Made by a program: the position numbers and the translations under genes. The notes under the pieces are model-generated. The model was not told the origin of the DNA and ran no database searches. It saw only the letters and a program-made list of their open reading frames with translations. This document shows positions 21,394 through 31,475 of a stretch of 33,042 bases of DNA, piece by piece. Source of the DNA: Chrysochromulina tobinii (lineage: Eukaryota); contig JWZX01003272.1 of assembly GCA_001275005.1 (NCBI GenBank), positions 1 to 33,042 on the forward strand. Reading direction: 5' to 3'. Position 1 is the stretch's first letter. Every line of letters starts with the position of its first letter.

Positions 21394-21752
21394 GAGGGTT
21401 CGCACTCCCGCGGCGCGGGGTTCTCGATCTGTGAAGAGCGAAAGGGAGGGGGACAGGAGCCGCGTGCGTGCGTGCGTGCGTGCGTGGCCGGTCGAGGAGT
21501 TCCACGAAGTTCACGTTCACGTTTAAATTGCCATCTCGGCAAGACGCACTACCACATAATGTACGACGACAACTTTAAGTTCCCGGAGACAGTCTGGAGT
21601 CTGGCTATCTGGGTACAAAGATTGTCCAAGACACCTATTGACCCTGTGGACCCGAGCATGAACCGACAGAGTAGAACCGACTGACAGCGTTAACGACCTT
21701 ACACAAGCATGCCACACAAGATCAACCCTTTATGTCTCCGGTTAGTCTCCGG

Positions 21753-22586
21753 TTAGTCTCCGGTAGCCCACTGGGCAAGCTCGCCGTCGAGCTCAAAGCT
21801 GTCTGGCTCGAATGCTAGCTGCGCTGCTCCCCAGTCTATCGCGATGCCTGTGCTCAGAAGACAATCACTTTCGCTGCCCCACTGGCGAAGCTCGGCACCT
21901 AGCTCGGCAACGAGATCGAAGCTTCCTGCTTGCGGTGTTTCCCTTCCCGTCCCCGGCATGGTCAACGCGAACGGGGGCAGGGAACGGTAGGCATCGCGTT
22001 CCTGGTGCGCCACTCCCGATCCTGTCGGCGGGAGCGGCGGTAAGGTGGAAGGAGCGGGCTCAAGTCCCTGCGCGGAAGGAGCGGGCTTAAGTCCCTGGTT
22101 GGAAAGAGCGGCCCGAGCCTCATTAGCCTTTCGTCTCCGCTTGGAAGCAGGCGACATGGACATGTGTGACCGCTCCCATTCGTCGACGATGTCGAGCAAG
22201 AAGTCGCAATTGGACGAGTCCTTCACCGCAGCGATAATGTCTCTCACCAAGAGCGTGGTGCGTTTCTCGGCAATCATAAACTGTGCCGCACGCGCCGTGA
22301 TGAGGCGCAGGAACACTCTAGTAGCATAGGCCATGAGATAAACTGCATTGGCGGAGACCATTCGTGGGCTCCCGAATATCGTAGGCCTCTTCATGATCCT
22401 CTTGACTCTGACGATGGGCCACTCGTTGAGGATGCGCTTCTCCCACAAATGGTCGCTTTTGTCCGCCACCCGCATTTCGAGCTCGAGCTTTGTGGACTCG
22501 AGGAACTTACGAGTGAACTCGGCTTCTTGCTCGCTCTTCTGGCGCGCCTTGTGGATTGGGCCGAACGAGGGCAAGATCTTCATCAT
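21753..22586 (-). CDS. Histone-fold protein, NF-YC/HAP5-like (divergent)
   Basis: WPIVRVKRIMK...RMVSANAVYLMAYATRVFLRLITARA...EKRTTLLVRDIIAAVKDSSNCDFLLDIV matches the NF-YC pattern LPLARIKKIMK...MISAEA...KRRTLQ..DIAAAI....FDFLIDIV. Confidence 0.85.
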   Translation of the reverse strand: MMKILPSFGPIHKARQKSEQEAEFTRKFLESTKLELEMRVADKSDHLWEKRILNEWPIVRVKRIMKRPTIFGSPRMVSANAVYLMAYATRVFLRLITARAAQFMIAEKRTTLLVRDIIAAVKDSSNCDFLLDIVDEWERSHMSMSPASKRRRKANEARAALSNQGLKPAPSAQGLEPAPSTLPPLPPTGSGVAHQERDAYRSLPPFALTMPGTGRETPQAGSFDLVAELGAELRQWGSESDCLLSTGIAIDWGAAQLAFEPDSFELDGELAQWATGD

Positions 22587-22948
22587 TGGTCTCTTCTGCA
22601 CGGTTCTTCTCCCCGCACGGAGGTATTGCACGGAGGTATTAGGCAATTCCGGCAGAACTTAGGAACGCGCAACGCGAGATGTTCTCTACTATTTTAGGAA
22701 AAGGTTTATCTCCTGTTGCGCGATCCTAAGTTCTGGGAGAAGCGCATCTCCCGCAAACTAAATTGATCTCATCCGAATCTGCTGTCGCAGCGCAAGAGCT
22801 ATCCAAAAGAGGTGCTGTATGCATCTGGATGTATTGTTGGTGACAATTGGTTGGTGGGAAAAGCTGCATCTCCCTCATGGTCTCCGTTCGCTCGTTCCTG
22901 GAAGCATGCGCAAATGCCTCACCTCTCTCCGCCATGGTGCGCCTCCGC

Positions 22949-25402
22949 CTACGGTAACCTCTCCCACTGACCTCTCCCCGCCTTGGTGCGCCCCCGCCTC
23001 TTGCCGCCTCGCCCGGTCCGTGCCTTGCTGCGTCGCTCGGCCGAGTCCGCCACGGCGACCGCCCCGCGCGCCTCAGTCGCCTGTGCGTACGCAATCAGAC
23101 GCAATCAGACGCAATCAGACGCAATCAGACGCAATCAGACGCAATCAGACGCAATCAGACGCAATCAGACGCGTCGCACGCAGATGGTTGACAGATGGTC
23201 CACGGATCGGCAGCATCACCTGGCCGTAGATCCACCGGCCGAGGCAATCAGCCTGCAATCAGCCTGCAATCAGCCTGCAATCAGCCTGCAATCAGCCTGC
23301 AATCAGCCTGCAATCAGCATCACCTGGCCGTAGATCCACCGGCCGAGGCAATCAGCCTGCAATCAGCCTGCAATCAGCCTGCAATCAGCGTGCAATCAGC
23401 ATCACCTGGCCGTAGATCCACCGGCCGAAGTAGCTCGCGTCGCCGTGCCTGCCCAGCACAGGGCGCGATAGAATGTCAAAAGCACTCAGGTGCACTCAGG
23501 TGCACTCAAAGAGCCAACAGTGCTATCCACAGTGCTCACCTGTTCACAAAGAGCGCGGTCAACTTAAACTTGTGATGACCAGATGACGTGGCGTTGAGGA
23601 CCGTAAGGCGCACGCCGCAGCGCCGCCGGGTGCTCTCACGCAACGCCTCTGCCGTTGGAGGCTGCTGTTGGATCCGCACGGAAAAGTAGACGAGATCGAG
23701 AGGCGAGACGCGCTCGAGATTGTGCGCGTCGATCACGAGCGGCTCGCATGCACACTGGTGCATGCAATCGACACGGACGGAGCCCATGTGCTCATAGCTC
23801 TTCAGGTAGCCAATCCCGACTCGGTTAGCCACGCTCGTCGTGTCGCCGAGAGCGTACGAGAAGGTGCACTGCGCGTGGCATGCGCAGTCCAACCAGACGC
23901 ACTCAGACGCACTCAGACGCACTCAGACGCACTCAGACGCACTCAGACGCACTCAGACGCACTCAGACGCACTCAGACGCACTCAGACGCACTCAGACGC
24001 ACTCAGATGCCAATAAAGACAATCAAAAGCCATCCGAGCTCATCAGGGCTCATTAAGGCTCATCAGAGCCACTCATTGCGGCCACGTGCACCTGCGCGCC
24101 CACGACGGCGCTCAACCAGCCGGGTTTTGGCACGCCGGAAGGCGAACGCTCGACGGCGTACGCCCAGCCGATACAACCCTCACGCTCGACCAAGGCATGC
24201 AACGAGTCCGCATCATGGCACTCCAGCCGGCGAGCCTCCGCGCCGGCGACGTTGGGTAGCATGGGCTGCGGCGGCAGCGTCCGAATGCCGCCGGGCCGTG
24301 CACACGTGGCCAGGGCGTCTGTGGAATTGGCATCGCCTAATTTGGCATTGAGGGGCTTCACCGAGCGCCCCGCCGCGAAACGCACGGCGTCGTCGTGGGC
24401 GAGGGCAATCAGAGCTGAGGGTGACATCGAGGGCGACGACGTGGGCGTGGGCACCACGGGTTCGTCATGGGCGGCATGCATCGGAGCTCCGGTGAGCTCG
24501 AGCATCAGGAGCGCCGTCTTGAGCAGATGGACGAGGCCGTGAGCAAGGATCGCATGCCCATAATTGGAAGGGTGGATCCGGTCGTAATAGAGCTCATGCA
24601 GGCGCAGCCCGCCAAACGTACGGTTGGCCTTCATCGCGTGCCAGATGACGTTACGCAGCGAGATTGAGGGCAGATCGTAATACCTCGCGAGCATCTCGAG
24701 CGAGTCTTCATTCGCAGTGTGGCCCCATTGCTTGTGATAGCTGAACGCGAGGTCGGACGCGTGCGCGAGCGGCGCGGCGGGCACCGTGCGCCCGCGCTGC
24801 CCCTCATTCGGCCAGCGCGCGTACCAAGATTTGGGCGTCTCCATCGTCCAAAACGGGAATGCATGCACGAAGACGACGGCGGGTGCCGACGGAAAGCCGA
24901 GCACTTGGCGCAGCATGCGTTCGACCGACTCACGGCCCAGCTCGCACGGATCCGGCTGCCCGGACGAGGCGCCCTCGCGCCGAGCACGCCCGCACATGTT
25001 CGCCGAGGCTTCGAGGAGAACGAGGTCGACGGTCGGAGGTACGTGAAGCGAGAGGCACTGCTCCATGTAGCCTGGCGGCACGGCGGGCGTGGCGGCGTTA
25101 ATGTGGCCGACGTGGCCGGGGAAGCGCGACTGCAGCCACCGCTGCAGCTTGCGGTGGTAGAGGCCGCTCTGATCCGGGCGTACGCGCGACGACGACCCCG
25201 CCGACACGGAGCCGCCCAGCACCGCGATGCTCACATTGTTGCCCGCCCGCAGCTTGGCGGCGAAGCAGCGTAGGCGGTTGAGGCCGCCCTCGTGCGAGAC
25301 GGCGCGTCGCAAGTGTGCGAGATTTAATACGCCCGCAGGAAGGTCGTCTCCAAGCAAAGGAAGCGACGCGAGCTCGCGAAAGAGAGCGCTAGCGACATCC
25401 AT
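22949..25402 (-). CDS. SGNH/GDSL hydrolase-like protein (4 exons)
   Basis: Block I VLGGSVSAG, block III DLVLLEASAN and block V DRIHPSNYGH, plus C-terminal GYLKSYEHMG and HKFKL. Exons 25402-24092, 23868-23540, 23448-23406 and 23080-22949 join in frame. Confidence 0.83.
23091..23400 (-). repeat. Intronic arrays (gtctgattgc)x8 and (aggctgattgc)n with duplicated exon-end/donor segments
   Basis: Read directly; cggccggtggatctacggccag|gtgatgctg occurs three times on the - strand. Confidence 0.93.
23894..24008 (-). repeat. 10-nt intronic array (gtctgagtgc)n on the coding strand
   Basis: gcactcagac repeated about 11 times on the + strand. Confidence 0.95.
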
Positions 25403-25627
25403 TTCTTTGATTTTTTCCGTTGAAGTGAATTGTGCATGCAATCCGCTTTGTGTCAGAAACACACGGTGAAACCGCCTTCTCCCTTCCTTCTCCCGCTCCC
25501 ACGCGCCCATTTGTCTCACATCCCACGTCCATCAAGAGTCTTCACAGCCTTGTTCGCCCCCTTCACACCGGGAGTCGTCAGTGGTCGACCGCCGGTTCAC
25601 GCAGCGGCGCGCGTGCGCGTGCGCGCG

Positions 25628-28600
25628 ATGCATCGCGCCCAGTCCGCGCCCGATCCGAAGTATGTGCGGGAGGTCTCCATCCTGTCCCGCTTCTCCTTTG
25701 GGGGAGATTACCCGAGAGGACGTGCGTCCGGCGGTGCGGCTCGACGACGTTGCCCGGCCTCAGCTCAAGCAATTCGAGCCTTCGGCGGGGTTGCCTGGCA
25801 GCCGGAAGACGCTGAGGAAGAGCAAGAGTTCTGAGACGCTGAGGAAGAGCAAGAATTCTGAGCTGGACCCGCCGCGCACCGCGTCAGTGCACGTGGCACG
25901 GCCGCAGGCAGATCGGCTCAACACCACCGGCTTCCACGACGAGCGCCACCGCGGCCACTCATCCGGGGCGATGCTGCACGTCGAGGCGTTCGAGTTTGAG
26001 GCGCCACCGCAGTCGGCGGCGATGCGGCACGGCATCTCGACTCCGACGCTCGCACCGGCCGCGCTCCGCCACCGCCGGCCCGGCAGCAGGCCCAGTGCCA
26101 TGGCGGGAGCCATGCTGCCATCGCTCTCGTGGCCGGCCGGAGCCGCGCCCGCGGCGGCCACGGGCCTGCTCCTGGGGAAAGGCGCGCTCCCGCCGACGGA
26201 CGCGCAGCAGATGGCGGCACAGCCGGACGCGCGTGACGAGTTACGGTCCGCGCCACGCTCGACGCCCAAATCGAGTCCACGTGGCCTCGATGGACTCGAG
26301 CCTGCCCCTACCGCCAACGCCGCCAACGCCGCCGCCGCCGCCGTCGCCGCCGTCGCCGTCGTCGCAGCAGCAGCAGGATCAGCCGCAGCAGCGGCATTCG
26401 CCGCAGCCGCCACATCAGCCTCGCCGCATCAGCCTCGCCGGCAGGCGCCAGTGCCTAATATGGCAGTGTCCTTAGGATCGCATTCCCCTTCGCCCGTGCC
26501 CTCCTCGTCAGCCTCGCCCATGCCGCTCAAGCGGATGTCGGCCCGGGCGGCAGACGAGCCCGATCGCACGGAATCTCCATCGGTCTCTCCGTCGGTGTCA
26601 CCATCTCGTCGGACCTCGACCGTCGAGATGTCTCCGTCGGTGTCACCATCTCGTCGGACCTCGACCGTCGAGATGGATTCGTTGGGTTCGTCACCATCTC
26701 GTCGGACCTCGACCGTCGAGATGGATTCGTTGGGTTCGTCACCGTCGGCGTGGAAGCGCGCCAAGATCAAGACTGTGCGCACGAGACGGCGCGCTCGAGA
26801 TAGCGCCCCGATGACCTCTAATTGACCTCTGATTGACCTCTGATTGACCTTCAATCGCAGATGCGCCCGAGTCGGCGCTACTCGATCTTCGATCGCATCT
26901 TGCGCCCCGTCAACCGCTGGCAGCGAACGGTAATTACCACCTGATGGTCGCTGATTGCTCCCTGACAGCCACTGGTTGCCACTGATTGTCACTGATGTAT
27001 CATCGACTGTCACTGATTTGTGGCAATCAGTGGCGGTCAGGGCCATGGATCCGTCACTGATTCGTCACTGATTACCGTCATCAGGTCCTTACAACCGCCT
27101 TCCTAACTCGGCTCGCGAATGATTCGTCACTGATTACCGTCATCAGGTCCTTACAACCGCCTTCCTAACTCGGCTCGCGAATGATTCGTCACTGATTACC
27201 GTCATCAGGTCCTTACAACCGCCTTCCTAACTCGGCTCGCGAAACGGATCCATCTGCTCAAGAAGCTTCGCGCCATCTTCGCCACCATCATCGTGCCGCA
27301 TAGGAAGAAGCTTGCCATTTTAAGGCCGCTCAAGATGTTCGCCTCCCTCTCGTACCGCGAAGTCTACGCGCTCGCGGGCATGATGAAGCTCAAGCTACTG
27401 CCTCGGTGCGCACCAGCAGAGTGCCTCTGGTGATCTCTGATGACCTCTGATGACCTCGGAGTGCGTCTGAGTGCGTCTGATTGCCTCACCGATTGCAGGT
27501 ACGCCAAGGCCCTGCGTGCCGGGTGCGCGCCGTCCGCCTTCTACGTCGTAGTCTGGGGCGGTTTGCATTTCATTGGCGGTCGAGAAGATGGGCTGCCTCA
27601 GACCGTAGGTGTGGGCGAGAGCTTCGGTGGCGGGCATCTCGCCTCGCCGCTCAATCTGGGCGACATCAAGGGGGACAGCAAGGGGGACGGCGCCGTAGCG
27701 GGCTCGCACAGAGGGCAACTGTCGGTGTCTCCGGGGCGCGAGGTCATGGGCGGAGGGCAATCTCCGGGGCGCGAGATCGCGTCGAATGACGTACCTCTCG
27801 AGCCATTCGATCTGCAGGCCGCCGAGCCGACCCTGCTGCTCAGCCTGCGAGTGAGTGATGTCGATACGATCCTCCATCCGACTGAGTGCATGCTGATGGC
27901 CTCCCTCATTGCATGCAGGTGAGTGATGTCGATACGATCCTCCATCCGACTGAGTGCATGCTGATGACCTCCCTCATTGCATGCAGGTGAGTGATGTCGA
28001 TACGATCCTCCATCCGACTGAGTGCATGCTGATGGCCTCCCTCATTGCATGCTGATGGCTCCCTCATTGCATGCTGATGGCCTCCCTGATCGCAGGTGAG
28101 TGATGTGGATACAATCCTCCATCCGTGGTTCATTACTCTGCAGAAGCAGTACGTGCCGCCTTGGAGTGCACCGCCTTGAGTGCACCGCCTTGAGTGCGCC
28201 GCCTTGGAGTGCGCCGCCTTGGAGTGCGACCCTAAATGGACTCTCTGATGGCCCCCATCATCAGGTACGTGAGTAGCCAGCTCAAGTTTGATATGCTCAT
28301 CAGGGCGCCTGCCTTCGCGCGTGCGGGCGTTGAGTTGGTCGATCAGCTCGCCTCATGCTTCGTGCTGCACCGAGCGCCTTCAGGAGCGACGCTCTACCAC
28401 GCCGGAGACCGACCAAACGGCGCGTTCTTGCTAATCGAGGGCACGGTCGATCTCTTCGCACCTCCGAGATTGAACCTGAGCGGTCCGAGGAGCTTTGAGG
28501 ACACTCAGCCGAGTCTAGTGATGCGTCGATCTCAGCTGAGCGAGTGCGCGTGGGTTGGCGAAGGTACGTTGATGACCGCTGAATGCCACTGTTTGCGACC

Positions 28601-29461
28601 GATGACCACTGATGAGCTCTGATTGCCCCCCTCATCAGGTGCTCTGTTCCACGGGCGCGAGCCACCGGGCAGCCGTGATGACGGGCCAGGCAAGGGCTAC
28701 CGCCGCTCGCACACTGCCCGGGCCGCCCGTGCGTGCCAGATGCTGCGCCTGCCGCAGGCGTCCTTCGCGCGCTTCGAGCAACTCGCTACGGTCCTGCTGC
28801 CCATGCTGCGCACCCACGACAAGCGGCTCGAAGAGCTCGTGGCCGACCCCCCACCCAAATTTGGGCATGCGACGAAACGGGTCGAGGCGGCGGGGGAGGA
28901 TGCGGGCCTGAAGGAGATGCAGCAGTTCGCGCACGAAGCCGCTCTGGCAGCGCGCGTACGGGAGTTTGATATTGTCCGTTACATTGATTGCCATTGATTG
29001 CCATTGATTGCATGCACCTGAGTGTCCCTAACTAGGGAGTTTGATATTGTCCGTTACATGCACCTGAGTGTCCCTAACCCGATGCGCTCGGAGTGCCACT
29101 GATGGACATGGGTTGCCACTGATGGCCACTGATGGCCACTGATTGCCATGGTTTGCCACTGATGGCCACTGATTGCCATGGTTTGCCACTGATGGCCACT
29201 GATTGCCATGGTTTGCCGCAGGCGGAGGCGCACAGGCGCTTCGAGCAGAGCCAGCACCGCGACTTGAAGGCCACGTTCATCTACAACCTCGCGTCCGCCT
29301 ACGACCGCATCGACCGGTACAAGCGCCTGCAAGAGGGGGAGAAGGCGCCGCGCTCGGCTTCGCTCCAAAAGGGGAGCTCTCCGAGAAAGGCAACTGCCAC
29401 GCCCCAATCCCTCGTCGCTGGCCCGAGCCATGCTGCCCCTACGCCAGCACCTACGGTGTAG
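25628..29461 (+). CDS. Protein with a long low-complexity N-terminus and two cyclic-nucleotide-binding-like domains (8 exons; probable +1 frameshift near the start)
   Basis: Exons 25628-26774, 26861-26929, 27209-27405, 27499-27850, 28096-28148, 28265-28563, 28639-28955 and 29222-29461. CNB-A: LKMFASLS...AFYVVVWG...GESFG. CNB-B: APAFA...LYHAGDRPNGAFLLIEGTVDL...WVGEGAL...RRSHTARA. The 25628 start requires removing one G from the run at 25700-25704. Confidence 0.72.
27058..27243 (+). repeat. Three copies of a 62-nt unit spanning a splice acceptor and exon start
   Basis: tgattcgtcactgattaccgtcatcag|gtccttacaaccgccttcctaactcggctcgcgaa starts at 27058, 27120 and 27182. Confidence 0.95.
27851..28125 (+). 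repeat. 68-nt tandem units each beginning GTGAGT and ending CAG; the fourth start is the true exon
   Basis: gtgagtgatgt(c/g)gatac(g/a)atcctccatccg starts at 27851, 27919, 27987 and 28096. Confidence 0.93.
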
Positions 29462-29820
29462 CCATGCTGCGATGAACACACTTCATACACATGTATCTGG
29501 TGGCCTCATGTGGCCATCCTTCTAGATCCGGAGTAGAGGACTGAGGAGAACTTACAGCATTCTTGCTCACCTAGCATTTCACGAGTCTGCAGCAGAAAAT
29601 CATTCGAGATTTGATCCAGTGACCCACACCTCCCCATGCCATGCTCTTCGTTTCCCGTCGGGGTGCGTAGGCATAAGTTTCGATCTTCTTCATTCCTATG
29701 ATTCATTGCGGACTTCGCCGAAAAACGCGCGACGTCCTGCTGGGGAGAGGCGCGACGGGCGTTCGCCGAAGCGAAGCGCAGCGCGCGCCGCGCCGCACGT
29801 GAGGTACCAGCCTGTACGTA

Positions 29821-30929
29821 ATGGAGGGCCTGAGCGAATACGAGCAGCAACGGCTGGCTCACATAAGGCGCAACCACGAGATGCTCGTCCGGCTCGGGCT
29901 TGTCGACGCCGACTCAAAGCCGATCTTCTGTGCTTCCGCCAAGGGGAAGATGATTGCCAAGGGGCCGACGAAGCAGCGCACAAAGCTGCCTGCTGTGCCG
30001 CCGGAGAGCCTGCGCCGCTCGAGCCGCAAGCGTGGCGACAACCCCGAGTACGGCCCTGAGGTGGTCGACTCGTATGGTGACGAGGATGAAGAGGTCTCGG
30101 GAAAGAAGCGCAAGCTCGATCCGGAGAGAAATGGGAAACTTGGCGCCAAGGACGACGAGGCTGCGGTGCAAGCCGACATGCTCGAAGCTGCCACCGAATT
30201 CTTGCGTGCGGCGCGCGAGGCGCTCTTGCAGTTTGTCTCCTCGGCGGATGGCGAGGCGCCCGCCACGGCCGAAGGCTGGCACGCCGAGGCCGTGCAGCGC
30301 TGGGGGCCCCAAGTGGGCGGCGAGACTGGGGATGAGCGCGACTGGGAGACCTACGTGTCCTCGCGCCTCTCAAAGCCGCCGCCCACGAGCTCACTCGACC
30401 TGCTCCAAGAGTACTATGCGGCCGACACGTGGCAACTGCTCTGCTGCTGCGTGCTGATGACGCGCTGCTCGTCGTGGGCGACGAAGCACAGGTGCATCTC
30501 CGGCTTCTTCGAGGCGTTTCCCACACCGTCGGCCTTTCTTAGCAAGGTGGTCCTCGCCGGAGAGACGGCCGATCTCAAGCCGATCATTCACTCACTCGGC
30601 CTCTTCGACGACCGGCTCAAGAGCCTCGTCAACGTCACACGGGCCTTCCTCTTTGGCGACGATGCCTTTGAGGTGGGCCTCGAAGGCGAGCACCTGATGG
30701 CCACTGATGGCCTCTGATGACCACTGATTGCCTCCCTCATCAGGTTGGCCTCCAAGGCGAGCACAAGATTAAGGGCGTGGGCGAGTTCGGCTACCACTCG
30801 TGGCTCATCTTCTGCCGTGACGAGGGCGCGACGCTCAAGGCGACGGACGAGACGCTCAAGGGCTTTTGCCGCTGGCGGTCCCGGCATGCGCAGGCCGAAG
30901 AGACATGTAAGAACGCCACGGCTTCGTGA
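29821..30929 (+). CDS. MBD4-like HhH-GPD DNA glycosylase domain protein (2 exons)
   Basis: LLQEYYAADTWQLLCCCVLMTR, FFEAFPTP, IIHSLGL and HhH IKGVGEFGYHSWLIFC parallel the MBD4 glycosylase domain. N-terminal LSEYEQQRLAHIRRN motif and basic NLS-like patches. Intron 30673..30743. Confidence 0.85.
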
Positions 30930-31475
30930 TCGGTGCTCCGCTGTACATGCTGTGCACGTACACAGCTCCGTTCGCGCGTGCGTTCGGTATTGTGACAGCG
31001 ACCAGTGCGTGAGGGTTGAGGGTTGAGGTACTATTCGTCATCGAAGGTCGGGTGTCGGCGACGTGGCGCTAACGAAATTGCACTACGCTATGGAGTTGAC
31101 AATCTCTATGATCTCTAATGAAGTCACGATGGATTAAAGAGGCGAAGTTGCTCCATACCGAACGCTCACATCAACTCGGGCCGTGACTCGTGCATCGGAG
31201 AGGCGGGGCGCCGTCCGTTGGCCGTCCGCGGGCGCGCCGGCGCCAATGGCAATGGGCATGGCCGCCCGGACCGCTCCCGGTCCGGGATAATAACTGTCCG
31301 CGTCCCGCCCTTAATTACCCGCCCTATGCGACGCGTGCGGTACAGCTCAGCTGTACTGTAGGTGAAGCGATTACAGCGTCCGCAAGTAATGACTAATGTT
31401 CGAGAGGTCTCCCGAAGGTAGGTCTTAATCATTACTTACAGTGATCAGTGTGTGTGGCCCGAGGATGCCATGCCA

